From Eledone cirrhosa (taxonomy: Eukaryota): a DNA stretch of 64,000 nucleotides. Both the position numbers and the translations under genes were made by a program. This document shows, piece by piece, positions 28,319 through 42,509 of the stretch (position 1 is the stretch's first letter; each line of letters opens with the position of its first letter). The notes beneath the pieces are model-generated. The model was given only the letters and a program-made list of their open reading frames with translations. It was not told the origin of the DNA and did not search any database. The stretch lies in contig OZ024761.1 in the NCBI GenBank assembly GCA_964016885.1, positions 19,096,001-19,160,000 of the forward strand. The letters run 5' to 3'.

Positions 28319-28562
28319 TTACATTTTAAACTTAGCTCCGTTTAATTGATTATTTGTCTAGTTTATTTCTACGGACTGCGAGGAAAGATTAGGTAAATTT
28401 TATCTGACTGTTCCTCATAAAGGAATATCGATAACATTTATCTGTTATTTCTTCAAAGTTACATTTTAAACTTAGTTTTGTTTAAATGGTTATTTGTCTG
28501 GTTAATTTCTACGGACTAACAAGAAAAACTGAGTAAATTGTATCTGACTATTCTTCAAACTT
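28319..28562. repeat. Diverged tandem duplication, ~140-bp period
   Basis: TTACATTTTAAACTTAG..ATTTCTACGGACT..TATCTGACT at 28319 and 28459. Confidence 0.8.
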
Positions 28563-28565
28563 ATA

Positions 28566-28595
<30 letters not shown>

Positions 28596-28596
<1 letters not shown>

Positions 28597-28897
28597 ACAA
28601 AGAAGGTGTGGTAAGATACCAGGTGGACCATAACGCACCAGAGTACTCAATACTTAGGGTAGTAGAGTGGGTAATAGGTAAAGAGTCAGGACCCCGACGG
28701 CTGAGCTCCGGTCGTTTCAACAGCTAGATCCGAACTTATATATATATATATATAAGTTCGGATCTAGCTTATATATATATATATATATAAGTTCGGATCT
28801 AGCTTATATATATATATATAAGTTCGGATCTAGCTTATATATATATATATAAGTTCGGATCTAGCTTATATATATATATATAAGTTCGGATCTAGCT

Positions 28898-28900
<3 letters not shown>
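28596..28900 (-). mobile_element. Family D element followed by 5 inverted tandem copies of its end
   Basis: Element 28596-28737 ends AGCTAGATCCGAACTT; then AAGTTCGGATCTAGCT-(TA)n x5. Confidence 0.8.
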
Positions 28901-28952
<52 letters not shown>

Positions 28953-29965
28953 GATCGACAAGATCACAGACCTCATTCGCTTACAGAGTGGAGTGGAACT
29001 CATTAATTCAGACCAAGGAATCGAACTCGCAACTTCCACGATTCCGAATCTAACTCTCTAACCACTAAACCACCCGCCTCCACTGTCTTCGCGTGATGTT
29101 GTATTTGTCCCTGCATTTAACCTTTGTAGTTTTTATTCAGTGTCACAAAATCTAGGGACACTGTGACCTGAGACAGAAATAAACAAAACAATCGTTGTTG
29201 TTCGTTATAAACAGCTCCCCCCCCCCCCTCTTTATCACAGATCCCCTGAAAAGGGGCCGTCTACTGATTCCATTTGGCGGTACATTAAAGCAATACCCCA
29301 CCAACAACCCCACCACTACTGCATTTAACATCACCATAACCTCCATCACTATCTACTAATATCACAACCATCACCACCAACACCCCTACCACTCTACTAC
29401 ACTTAACATCACCACCACTACCATCACCATAACCCCCATCACCACCATCACCCCCATCACCACCATCACTATAACCCCCATCACCACCACCCCCATCACC
29501 AACACCACCACAACCATCACTACAGCCACCAACACCACAACCATCACTACAGCCACCAACACCACAAACCACCACCACCACTACCATCACAACCATCACC
29601 ACAACCAACACCACCACTACCATCACAACCATCACCACCATCACCCATAACCATCACCACCAACACCATAACCACCTCCACCACCACCATCACCCACAAC
29701 CATCACCACCAATACCACAATCATCACCACAACCATCACCACCAACACCACAACCACCTCCACCACCACCATCACAACCATCATCACCAACACCATCACC
29801 ACAACCAACACTACAGCCACCATCACCACAACCACCACCATCACTACAGTCATCACCATGTAATTGATTCTGAATAAAGATCAATCATCAAATATTGGGC
29901 GACAGTTTGTGGAAGATGAAAAAAATAAACGTAAAATCAAAGGCAATTTACTTTTCTGAACAAAG

Positions 29966-30005
<40 letters not shown>

Positions 30006-30018
30006 ATTTATATATGTA

Positions 30019-30074
<56 letters not shown>

Positions 30075-30075
30075 A

Positions 30076-30110
<35 letters not shown>

Positions 30111-31054
30111 CATTTATATATATATATGCAAATATATATATATATGTGTGTGTGTGTGCATATATATATATATATGTGTGTGTGTGTCTGTGTAAAGGCA
30201 TCGATATATCTACGATATGCTAATAGATATATTTTATAAATATTTTTTGTATATTTATATATTTCAATGCAATATTTTGATATATATTTTGATGTATATA
30301 TAATACATAAAATATTTCCATAATAGTTTTTGCTTGGATTTCGTAATATATTATATTCATCCTTATTTTTATATTTTATATTTTTTAATATAGTTTATAT
30401 TTTTTTATAATATATTTAATAATTTATTGTGTATTTCTATAATATATTTATTTATTTATTACGAATTTTATATATATTTTTTATTACGTATTTTATATCT
30501 TTATTTAAGAATGTTTATTATAATAATATATATTTTTATTAGGTATTTTATAATATATATATTTATTCATTACGAATTTTATATATTTTTATTATGTATT
30601 TTATAATATATTTTTTATTAGTTATTTTATAATATATATTTATTTATTTATTTATTTATTTATTTATTACGAATTTTATATATTTTTATTATGTATTTTA
30701 TAATAGATTTTTTTATAATAGATTTATTTATTAATTTATTTATGAATTTTTTATAATAGATTTTCAATATTTTTTTAGTATTATATACATACTTTGCTAT
30801 ATATATATATTTTTTTTTTTTTTTTTTTTCTATAATATTTTTACCAATATTGATTTTTCTCTCTCATTTATGAGGAGAGTTCTGCTGAAAGTGTCGTTTA
30901 GATAATATGGCTCGTATTTCAATAGAGACATCGTTGAGACAAGAATCAAATAAAAATACAAGAACACAACAACATGAGAGAGAGAATCAAAGAATAATCT
31001 TGTACAGATTGACAGCCAGTTAAATGTTAGATCTTAATAACTGATCCGTCCACT

Positions 31055-31645
31055 CCATGTCTGACTGACTGATTGGTTGACTGACTGACCGTCTGTCTGT
31101 CTGGTTCTCTGGATGGCTGGCTGGCTGGAGGGATGGATGGATGGATGGTCGTCTGTCTGTCTGGCTGGTCGTCTGTCTGTCTGGTTCTCTGGATGAATGG
31201 CTGGATGGATGGATGGTCGTCTGTCTGTCTGTCTGGTTCTCTAGCTGGCTGGCTGGCTGGCCCTCTGGATGGATGGATGGATGGTCGTCTGTCTGTCTGT
31301 ATGGATGGCTGGTCGTCTGTCTGTCGGTCTGGTTCTCTGTATGGATGGCTGGCTGGCCGTCTGTCTGTCTGGTTCTCTTGATGGATGGATGGATGGCTGG
31401 CCGTCTGTCTGTCTGTCTGGTTCTCTATCTGATTATCTGTCTGTCTGGCTGGCTGGCTTGCTAATTCTCAGACTGTCTGGCTGGGTGGCCCGTCTGTCTG
31501 GTTGTCTGACTGACTTGTCTGTCGAAGTGTCTGGATCGATAGCTGTCAGTCTGGCATCCTAGCTGTCTGTCTAGATGTCTGGCTGGCTTGTCTGTCTGTC
31601 TGTCGAAGTGTCTAGATCGATATTTGTCAGTTGTCTGTCTGTCCG
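31055..31645. repeat. (GTCT/GGAT/GGCT)n tetranucleotide mosaic
   Basis: Direct reading. Confidence 0.9.
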
Positions 31646-31684
31646 ACACCTTCACCATGAAGCCACGCATCTTCACACACACGC

Positions 31685-32182
<498 letters not shown>

Positions 32183-32216
32183 ACATTCATATATATATAT
32201 ATATATATATGAATGT

Positions 32217-32294
32217 ATTGCCTCGTCTGACGAACGAATGAAGTCGTTTATTTCGTATTCGCCTCATTCGGGAAACCTCTGGTAATGAGGTAAT
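32217..32294 (+). ncRNA. Type I hammerhead ribozyme motif (family B)
   Basis: 10-bp stem I ATTGCCTCGT/ATGAGGTAAT, CTGACGA 32227, stem II CGAATGA/TCATTCG, GAAA-CC-TCT-GG-TA (GUA site). Confidence 0.82.
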
Positions 32295-32316
32295 TATATT
32301 GTATTGATTTTTATAC

Positions 32317-32393
<77 letters not shown>

Positions 32394-32395
<2 letters not shown>

Positions 32396-32548
32396 TCAGC
32401 AAACCCATACGTGCATATATATGTGTACATGTATGTATGTATATATACATACTACTGTACGTCTGTATACATATATGTATGTACGTGTACATACTTACAT
32501 TTAAGTATCAGCCGTACTAAGAGCGAGAAATGAAATTTCATTTCATCC
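32394..32548 (+). mobile_element. Right end of TIR-bearing element
   Basis: GTATCAGCCGTACTAAGAGCGAGAAATGAAATTTC is the reverse complement of the left end at ~55412-55446. Confidence 0.75.
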
Positions 32549-32785
32549 TTTTCCATATATATATATATATGAGAGTATTGAAGTTTGCTTGAAGCATTGT
32601 GGAATAATAAGGTAAATTTTTTTAAGTATATATATATATATATATATATATTAAGTATATATATATATATATAGGTGTATGGGTGCAAGAAAAATTGCGG
32701 TATGCCGGATGAGCACTCGATGCTCGCGCAGAGCAGAGTATAATACTATAAGAATAAACTGACTTTTTGTTCCTTTATTCTTAAA

Positions 32786-32835
<50 letters not shown>

Positions 32836-32837
<2 letters not shown>

Positions 32838-33046
32838 CGAAGGAAGTGTGGTAAGGAACCAACCAGGTGGACCACAACGTACCAGAGTACTCAATACTTA
32901 GGGTAATAGAGTGGGTAATAAGAAAATGTTCAAGAGATCTCGATGGCAGAGCTCAAGCCGTTTCGACGGTTTTTTCTGGACCAAAATAGCCAGAAATAGC
33001 CGTCGAACGGTTTGAGCTCTGCCGTCGGGGTCTTGAACATTTTCCT
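32836..33046 (-). mobile_element. Family D fold-back element
   Basis: Long arm 32836-32970, inverted short arm 32990-33046; (TA)n flanks. Confidence 0.75.
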
Positions 33047-34424
33047 ATATATATATATATATATGATGTAGAATATAGATGAAATGATCACCCATTGGTG
33101 TTATTGTTGTTGTTGCTCTATTTTCGTCATTTATTGTTGATTTTTCATTGAATGTCTTGCGAAAATATCACTTCCTGTTTCATAACATCACCCTTTGCCT
33201 TTTGTGTATCTGTGTGTGTGTGTGTATGTGTGTGGGTCTGTGAATGTATGTGTGTGTGTGTATGTATGTATGTGTGTATGTGTGTGCGTCTGTCTGTGTG
33301 CTCCACATAAGAAATGCACTGCCACTACTCACAACACCACCACCACTACTAGTACCACCACCACTGCCAACACCACTACTACTATTACTACCACCACCAC
33401 TATTACCACCACCATACCAACACCACTATTACTACCACCACTACTATTACCACTACTACTACCACCACCACTACCACTATTACTATAACCTCTCTATTTT
33501 ATTCAATCAGATACAGTCCTTTAAATTTTAAGTTTTCTTAAAAGCATTTTCTTTTTTTCTTCTTCGCCTTCTTTTCCTTCTCCTTCTTCAAACTGTTTGT
33601 ATTCTTATTCCGCATTATATCACCACCACCACCATTACCATCACCACCACCACCACTACCATCATCACTACCACCACCATTACCACCACCACCATTACCA
33701 CGACCAACACCACCAAGATCAATACCACGACCAACACCACCACCACTACCATCACCACCACCACCACCACCACCACCACCACCATTACCACGACCAACAC
33801 CACCAAGATCAATACCACGACCAACACCACCACCACCATTACCATCACCACCACCACCACTACCATCACCACCACCACCACTACCATCACCACCACCACC
33901 ACTACCATCACCATTACCACCACCACCATTACCACGACCAACACCACCAAGATCAACACCACCATTACCACCACCACCATTACCATCACCACCACAACCA
34001 TTACCACGACCACCACCAAGATCAACACCACCACCACCCTCCAATATTCTTTCCTAACGAAGCCAACTAAGTTTCCTCTCTAACTGGCGACCATATTAGA
34101 CATGAAGAACAACTAAAAAGAAACAAAATGTCTTTTTAAAATGGCCAACTTAAACGTCATCATCCTGCTTGCTTTTATGTTTGTATTATTTTTGAATTGG
34201 TGTATTGTGTGTGTGTCTGTGTGTCTGTGTGTCTGTGATGCGATTGTGTGAAGTAGCTGTGTGTGTATGTGTGTGATGTGGTTGTGTGAAGTAGCTATGT
34301 GTGTCTGTATGTGAGTCTGTGTGTGAAGTAGCTATGTGTGTATGTGTGTGCAGATGTGGGTGTGTCTATGTAAAAGTTAGAGGACATCGGTGTGCGTTTC
34401 TTTCAACGGGTATATTATATTATC

Positions 34425-34461
<37 letters not shown>

Positions 34462-34939
34462 ATATATATACACATATATACACACACACATATATATATC
34501 TATATATATAATTAGTAGGAACGAGATGTCAAAATATCATGTTTATTTATATATATATATATATATATACACATACACAGATATATATATATACGTATGT
34601 TTGTGTGTGCGTGCTGTAATGTATTATAATGTGTGCTGTATTGTATTATAATGTGTGCTGTATTGTATTATAATGTGTGCTGTATTGTATTATAATGTGT
34701 GCTGTATATCTATGTGTGTATATGTTTGTAAATGCGTTGTCCTATTTCCGCCTTTAAAAAAAAAGCCAGCAAATATTTTGCGCTCTTGTAGCAGCCATCT
34801 TATATTCAATGTTTCACCGAAGACATAATACCACTTGCCACCATTATTACAATGGTAGCTTTTAACTAAGTGATCCTGTCTAGTAAACAGTAGTGTTGTT
34901 GCTGTTGTTGTTGTTACTTTCACAATTATCTTTCACTCT

Positions 34940-35212
34940 CAACGTCCTGTACCACATGAAACCACATTAACAAACAAGATACTCGTGAAATTACTGCATC
35001 AAACAGGCTCTTAGCGTCCTGTACCACATGACACCACATTAGCAAGACATTGTTGAAAAGTAGAGAACAGCCCTATGACTGCATCACATTAACCCTTAAC
35101 GTCCTGTACCACATGAAACCACATTAGCAAGACATTATTGAAAAGTAGAGAACAGTCCTAAGAGTGTATCACATTAAGCCTTAATGTCCTGTACCATATG
35201 AAACTACATTAG
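34940..35212. repeat. ~75-85 bp tandem repeat x4
   Basis: GTCCTGTACCACATGA-ACCACATTA at ~34944, 35016, 35101, 35186. Confidence 0.85.
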
Positions 35213-35589
35213 TATGTATGTATGTATGTATGTATGTATGTATGTATGTATGTATGTATGTATGTATGTATGTGTGTGTGTATGTATGCGTGTATGTATG
35301 TATGTATGTATGTATGTATGTATGTATGTATGTATGTATGTATGTGTGTGTGTATGTATGCGTGTATGTATGTATGTATGTATGTATGTATGTATGTATG
35401 TATGTATGCTTGTCAGATAGAGTTTGGTGCACTTTTAGACTACCGCCAGCCACACAAATCTGTAACATATCCTGAACTCTATAATCTGACAAGCGATTGC
35501 TATACTCTTAGCAGAGTTTGTAGCCATCATATGCATGTATACATATGTGTACATATGCGCGGGGACATAGAAAAAATCGGGCTGAGTAC

Positions 35590-35840
35590 CCGATCGCGCG
35601 GTTAAACCACTGGGAGTGAAGGACCCCTAGCTTTTGTCAGGGCATTCTTCTAGAAGAAGGAAACTCAGGAAACTGGGATAACTACGACATAAAACCTGCG
35701 GCTCAGTAGTTACCGATTATGTTGATCTTTTCTTCTTTTCGGGTTATAGCTACTGTCGCTCAGAGAGTGGGATTGGCTCAGTGCACAGTCTTTCCTCACT
35801 TTAAAATAAATCTTCACGCACAGGCATTGCACGATAGCAT
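35590..35840 (+). mobile_element. Possible RTE-type LINE 5'UTR-derived repeat
   Basis: GGCATTCTTCTAGAAGAAGGAAACTC resembles the GGCAACCAGTCTAGGAGAAGGAAAACTC motif recalled from RTE 5' regions. Confidence 0.35.
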
Positions 35841-35935
35841 TAATTGATAATTATTAATAATGGTATATCATGCAATGGCCATACTTGATAACGAGGGGAC
35901 AGCCATCATGTATGTATGCATATATATCTGTGTGC

Positions 35936-35973
<38 letters not shown>

Positions 35974-36206
35974 GCTTTCAGTGTTTATTTCTGTATATGA
36001 AATGTGTGTCGTTTGTTCGTTATTTCCCTCACATATTCTAGAATGATATGTATGTGTGTGTGTGTATGTGAGAGAGAGGAAGAGAAGAGGGGGGGGGATA
36101 CCTTGTCCAAGTCACGTGAAGACAACCACATTGTTAAGCCAGTGTTCTGTTATTTTCATTTGAAATATATTTTTATACTTGAAACGACCAGATTTTAAAA
36201 AAATGT

Positions 36207-36321
<115 letters not shown>

Positions 36322-36560
36322 GTGTGTGTGTGTGTATATATATTCTCACACATATTCACATATATATATATACTATGTTATATTATGCTAAACTGTATGT
36401 ATATATATATATATGAGTGTGTGTATATATATATATATGTATACATATATATATATGTATATATACATACATATACATATGTATATATATATATACATAT
36501 GTATATATATATATACATATAAATATATATATATATACTATGTTTTATATTATACTAAAC

Positions 36561-36623
<63 letters not shown>

Positions 36624-36669
36624 GCGCGCGTGTGTGTGTGTTTATGTGTGTCTATCACATGCTTACACA

Positions 36670-37780
36670 CGTGAACACAACCTCTGGCCCTCAACAGTCA
36701 ACAGTCTGTCAGTCAGTGTCACCTTAACAGAACTGTGAAAACACAACTCATGACTTCAACAGTCAACAACCTGTTAGTGTCAACTTAGCTGCGCAGTATA
36801 AACACATCTCTGGCCCTCAGCAGTCTGTTAGTTAGTGTCACCTTAGCTGAGCAGTGAAACTACACATCTGGCCCTCAATAATCTGTTAGTCAATGTCACC
36901 TTAGCTGTGCAATGAAAACACACCTCTGGCCCTCAGCAGTCAGTTAGTCAGTGTCACCTTAGCCGTGCAATGAAAACATACCTCTGACCCTCAACAATCT
37001 GTCAGTGTTACCTTAGCTTAGCAGTAAAAACATACCTCTGGTCCTCAGCAGTCAGTTAGTGAGTGTCACCTTAGCTAAGCAGTGAAAGCCCACCTCTGGC
37101 CCTCTACAGTCTGTTAGTTAGTGTCACTTTAGCTGAGCAACGAAAACATACTTCTGGCCCTCTACAGTCTGTTAGTTAGTGTCACTTTAGCTGAGCAACG
37201 AAAACATACCTCTGGCCCTCTACGGTCTGTTAGTTAGTGTCACTTTAGCTGAGCAACGAAAACACACCTCTGACCCTCAACAGCATGTTAATTAGTGTCA
37301 CTTTAGCTGAGCAACGAAAACACACCTCTGACCCTCTACAGTCTGTTAGTTAGTGTCACTTTAGCTGAGCAACGAAAACACACCTCTGACCCTCTACAGT
37401 CTGTTAGTTAGTGTCACTTTAGCTGAGCAACGAAAACACACCTCTGACCCTCTACAGTCTGTTAGTTAGTGTCACTTTAGCTGAGCAACGAAAACACACC
37501 TCTGGCCCTCAACAGCATGTTAGTCAATGTCACCGCTGAGCAGTGAAAACACACCTCTGGCCCTCAACAGCATGTTAGTCAATGTCACCGCTGAGCAGTG
37601 AAAACACACCTCTGGCCCTCAGCAGTTAACAGTCTGTTAATCTCGTCTGTGTCACCTTAAATGAGCTGTGAAAACATGCCATCAGCAGTCAGAAGTCTGT
37701 AAGTCAATGTCACCTTAGCTGTGCAGTGAAAACATGCCTTAGTCAGTGTCACCATAGCCGAGCTGTGGAAACTCGCTTTA
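36670..37780. repeat. ~58-59 bp minisatellite, homogeneous centre and diverged edges
   Basis: GAAAACACACCTCTG-CCCTC-ACAGTCTGTTAGTTAGTGTCACTTTAGCTGAGCAAC. Confidence 0.95.
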
Positions 37781-37989
37781 GTACCACCCGGATATCCGGG
37801 CCGACTTTCAGAGCCAGTCTTCTCCTGTGTACACGCACATGTAAATACTTGTGTAGACATACATGATGTATATAGACCGTAAAACAGAGAATGGGATCAG
37901 ACAAAACTACAGAGAAACTATTGAAACATAATACTTCTCCTGTTATGGTTTTCTTGGGTTATTTAATTATGTATTTTACACACACACGT

Positions 37990-38054
<65 letters not shown>

Positions 38055-38083
38055 TGTGTATGTATGTGTGTGTGTATGTATAA

Positions 38084-38190
38084 CGAAACAGTTCTAGTCT
38101 TGTAGAAACCATTTCTATATTAAACTTTATATATATATAAAGGGCTTCTACGGGACTAGAACTGTTTCATTTCATTCAAAAGAAACCATG
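38084..38190. mobile_element. Two family E fragments tail-to-tail around (TA)n
   Basis: GAAACAGTTCTAGTC at 38085 and GACTAGAACTGTTTC at 38154. Confidence 0.7.
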
Positions 38191-38298
38191 TATATATATA
38201 TATATATTCATATATACAGACATTTTTGCATATATACACACACATACTTTACATATCTATGTGTGCATATATATATATATATACATACTTTATATACA

Positions 38299-38330
<32 letters not shown>

Positions 38331-38354
38331 ATGTATAATAAACCATACAATATA

Positions 38355-38426
38355 ATTACCTCATTACCAGAGGTTTCCCGAATAAGACGAATACGAAAAA
38401 CGTCCGCATTCGTTCGTCAGACAAGG
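38355..38426 (-). ncRNA. Type I hammerhead motif (family B), intact core
   Basis: Minus strand CCTTGT-CTGACGA-ACGAAT..ATTCGG-GAAA-CCTCTGG-TA-ATGAGG. Confidence 0.8.
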
Positions 38427-38427
38427 A

Positions 38428-38503
38428 ATTGCCTTGTCCGACGAACGAATGAAGACGTTTTTCGTATTCGTTTTATTCGGGAAACCTCTGGTAACGAGGT
38501 AAT
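38428..38503 (+). ncRNA. Hammerhead fold (family B) with core mutation CCGACGA
   Basis: 10-bp stem I ATTGCCTTGT/ACGAGGTAAT; GAAA 38481; U4C change. Confidence 0.7.
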
Positions 38504-38600
38504 TATATTGTATGGTTTATTATACATTAGATTTAGCTCTGTAACTTACATAGAGCACTCTTCACTCCTATGACTTTTTCAATTTTCAACGGAAACTTCA

Positions 38601-38639
<39 letters not shown>

Positions 38640-38651
<12 letters not shown>

Positions 38652-38659
38652 CATATATG

Positions 38660-38711
<52 letters not shown>

Positions 38712-38776
38712 CATATATGTGTGCATGTATATATATATATATATATATATGCACACACATATATGTGTGCATGTAT

Positions 38777-38810
<34 letters not shown>

Positions 38811-38835
38811 ATGCACACACATATATGTGTGCATG

Positions 38836-38881
<46 letters not shown>

Positions 38882-38897
38882 CATATATGTGTGCATG

Positions 38898-38945
<48 letters not shown>

Positions 38946-38958
38946 CATATATGTGTGC

Positions 38959-39017
<59 letters not shown>

Positions 39018-39075
39018 CATGCACACATATATGTGTGTGCATATATATATATATATATATATGCACACATATATA
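38640..39075. repeat. Compound minisatellite: TGCACACACATATATGTGTGCA separated by (TA)n
   Basis: Quasi-palindromic unit repeated ~8 times. Confidence 0.9.
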
Positions 39076-39082
39076 TGTAAAG

Positions 39083-39138
<56 letters not shown>

Positions 39139-39795
39139 CATACATACATACATACATACTTTACACATATATATGTGTGCATATATATATATACATACAT
39201 AAATACACGCCGCCCATACTCTCTACACCAGTAGACGTGGGTGGAGTTCTATGATTTATGTCTATCAATGAATGAAGCAGAAATTCTCACAACTTAACTA
39301 CTTGTATATTTTCCCATGAATATTGATATCTTTTTACAAATTACTCTTAATGATAATGCTTCTCTTGACCTTAGCTTTATCTCACTTCTTCATGTTATTG
39401 TATACTATGTACACATCTCAACTCCACCGCCCTTCCCTCCCTCATGTTTTTTTCCTACTCATTTCTATGTAAAGCTTCACCTTAATGTTGTGAACCTCTC
39501 GTCCCTTACATCTGATGTCCGTTTGGCAAATAAAACTAATCGTTATCATTATTTTTTTTTTGTTTCTTTAAAACTTCCTTTGAATTCTGTTTCTTTCCCA
39601 AATCATACCGAATGTCAACCTGACCCCCGAGGAGGCAAAATTTGGTAATATATATATATATATATATATAATGTAGGAGGTGAGTTTTATTGTAGTACAA
39701 TAAAGCAATGCAGATATCGGGTAAGAAGCACTCTACAGTTGTAGGACTGGAGTATATATAATATATAAGATCAAAAGATGGTTAAATGAGTTCCA

Positions 39796-39860
39796 TTTAT
39801 CTGATGAAAACACAAATGCTATTGCATGATGATATTTGTTTTTGAAATGCGCATAATAAA
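39796..39860 (+). ncRNA. Type I hammerhead ribozyme motif with palindromic TGCGCA stem III
   Basis: TTTAT-CTGATGA(39801)-AAA-C-ACAAATG..TATTTGT-T-TTT-GAAA-TGCGCA-TA-ATAAA; enclosed by ~35-bp inverted repeat 39762-39796/39865-39900. Confidence 0.85.
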
Positions 39861-39891
39861 ATACATGGAACTCATTTAACCATCTTTTGAT

Positions 39892-39930
<39 letters not shown>

Positions 39931-40104
39931 AGTATATGTTGGTTGTATACCAACACCTCAGTATGCAGATTGGAGCACTCGACGAAGTGCGCAGGTTGGT
40001 TTGGTTACTCCGGAGTAAATGTAAAATAAAATAAAATAAAATAAATAAGTCAAATGTTTAAAATTTAGCTTCGTTTATTACTGCTATATATATTTCGGTG
40101 ACAG

Positions 40105-40141
<37 letters not shown>

Positions 40142-40143
40142 TA

Positions 40144-40281
40144 CAGTGTACTCCCGGTATTCGCGGTTCCGGTTATTCGCGGGACTTTTCTTAGAACCTA
40201 ACTAATAATTGTTCGTGGAAACCACCGCATATTCGCAGAATCGTTAATATATTCCGGGGTTTTTAATACTTTTTTCGTGGC

Positions 40282-40357
<76 letters not shown>

Positions 40358-40527
40358 CTTTTTAATGCTAAATTATTAATAACAATATACCGTATTTGTC
40401 GGCCTATATTTTAAGTTATGTTTTGACGGTTATAGACATTTTTATGTACCACGTCCAATATTCGCGGTTTTTCACTCTTGGTGCATGCTCTAGGAACGTA
40501 ACCCCCGTGAATAGCGGGGGACAACTG
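40144..40527. mobile_element. pogo/Tigger-like MITE with TA target duplication, interrupted by (TA)n
   Basis: TA-CAGTGTACTCCCGGTATTCGCGG ... CCGTGAATAGCGGGGGACAACTG-TA imperfect TIRs. Confidence 0.75.
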
Positions 40528-40559
40528 TATTTTACAGTCAATTGCCATACAAATGTTTC

Positions 40560-40785
40560 CACAGAGGCACAAACAACAGTGAATGCTTTGATAATGTTGC
40601 CCTTCTCAGGACATGGACAGTACTGGCCAGTACTATTTTCTGTAGCGCTTACAGAATAGGCTTTCCAGGTTTCCGCACCATATATTTTTTCAGTTCCCTT
40701 TTTATCATTCCATGTGCGCCGACTATCACTGGTTTTGTACAGGTCTTAAGATGCCACATTTTCTCAATTTCAAATGACAGATCTT
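40560..40785 (-). mobile_element. 3' fragment of RLE-type non-LTR retrotransposon (R4/Dong-like), frameshifted
   Basis: Minus-strand translation EIEKMWHLKTCTKPVIVGAHGMIK..LQKIVLASTVHVLRRA matches the restriction-like endonuclease C-terminus (MW..PV(I/V)VGALG). Confidence 0.75.
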
Positions 40786-41151
40786 ATAGTTTTTACGTGT
40801 CTGAAATTTGATAGTTTATTGTGTAATAATATCTACAGCTAAAGATTCCCATTTCTACATCGGATTAACTGAAAACCCTTTCAAATTAATATATAATCAA
40901 CATAAATAAACTTTCCGAAATCCTTTAAAATCTTCTGGCACAAATTTATCAAAGTAAATCTTGACTAATAAAACATAACCACTTAAAAAACGATGAGGTC
41001 ATTTGAAAGATACTGGAATATTCTAAATTTCATCTGGATATATATATATATATTTAGAGAGAGAGATTTATCTCTCATAGGAATTCTAAAGTTCAAAGCT
41101 TTGTTACCATAAATGGAATTTTATTTTAATATTTCAAAACATCTTATAAGT

Positions 41152-41545
41152 GCAGGCATGGGTGTGAGGTTAAGGAATTTGCATCACAACCACATGTTTT
41201 CTATTACGGCCTCGGCTTGACGAATGCCTTGTGCGTGAAATTTGGTTGATGAAAACAACAGAAGCCCGTAGATATGTATACGTATATATATATATATAGA
41301 GAGAGAGAGGGGGAGAGGGAGAGAGAGAGAGTGTGTGTGTGTGTATGTGTGTGTGTGTGTATGATAGTGAGTGCAAGAGAGACACTCTGCGGTGCTAAGA
41401 CCGAGGAAACCATTAATCATGGGAGTACTCAATGCATGGTGAGATGCAGAGTGGGTATAGAGATATGTATGTATGTGTGGTGGGTCTGTGTTTACGTTTA
41501 TGTCGCATGACTTAGCGGTTCGACAAAAAAATAACGATAAAATAA
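41152..41545 (+). mobile_element. Degenerate SINE with internal microsatellite
   Basis: GCAGGCATGG-TGTG-GGTTAAG head, GCCTTGTG-GTGAAATTTGGT..GAAGCCCGT body, GACTTAGCGGTTCG tail. Confidence 0.55.
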
Positions 41546-42509
41546 GAGAAGAGTGATCACACAACCACCGCAACCATGACACTGTGGACACGAAAAAGAA
41601 AATTATGAGATCGAGGTTGTTACATAAAACAACACATATATACTTTCCCCTATTTTCTCCCCGCCTCTCCCCTCTTCTCTCCCCTCCTCTCTCCCCTTCT
41701 CTCTTCCTCTCCCCCTTACTCATTCTCATCTTTTCTCCCCACCTCCGCAGTTATGTCACATACAAACATTTTTTCCCACTCCTATCCTTCTCTCACCCCA
41801 TTCCTCTTCCCTCCGTCCGTGACCTCACCTCCTCTCTTCCTTCCTCTCTTCCTTCCTCTCCCCCACACGTATTCTCCCCCCCCCCCCACCACCACCACCC
41901 TCTCCTCACCCGTCTTCTCTCCACGACCTCTACTACTCTCTTCCTTCCTCACCCCACAGTTATTCTCCACCACCACCACCCTCTCCCCCCCTCCCCCAAC
42001 AGTCTCCTCTCTATATCCTCTCACCCCACTCCTAGTCTCTCCCCCCGCCCGTACTTCTCTCCATTCCTCTCCCCACCACTATTCTCTACCACCACCACCA
42101 CCCGTATTCCACCATCTCCTCACCAGTCTTCTCTCTATATCCTCCCCCACCCCCACCCCTAGTCTCTACCCCGCCCGTCTTCTCTCCATTCCTCACCCCC
42201 TCTCTTCCTTCCTCTCCCCACAGCTATTCTCTACCACCACCACCACCACCCGTATTCCACCCTCTCCTCACCAGTCTTCTCTCTCCCACCCTTAGTCTCT
42301 ACCCCGCCTGTCTTCTCTCCATTCCTCTCCCCCCCCCATCACCCTATCCCCCCACCACCACCACCATCACCCTCCCCCTACCCCTCTGTAGTTATGTCGT
42401 CCTACTAAGGTCAGCCCAATGTCAGTTTAACATTACATAAACAGCTGCCTCTACCCTCCATTGACAAATATTAACGAGGCTTAGCCTGAAAACTATAAAA
42501 ACGGTTTCA

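Larger units (their letters stand above)
38331..38603. mobile_element. Family B fold-back element with two hammerhead folds
   Basis: Inverted ~95-bp arms centred near 38428; (TA)n on both sides. Confidence 0.88.

Noticed and set aside
30240-30860. Extremely AT-rich tract as origin or scaffold attachment region
   Set aside because: Low-complexity degenerate repeat; function cannot be supported from sequence
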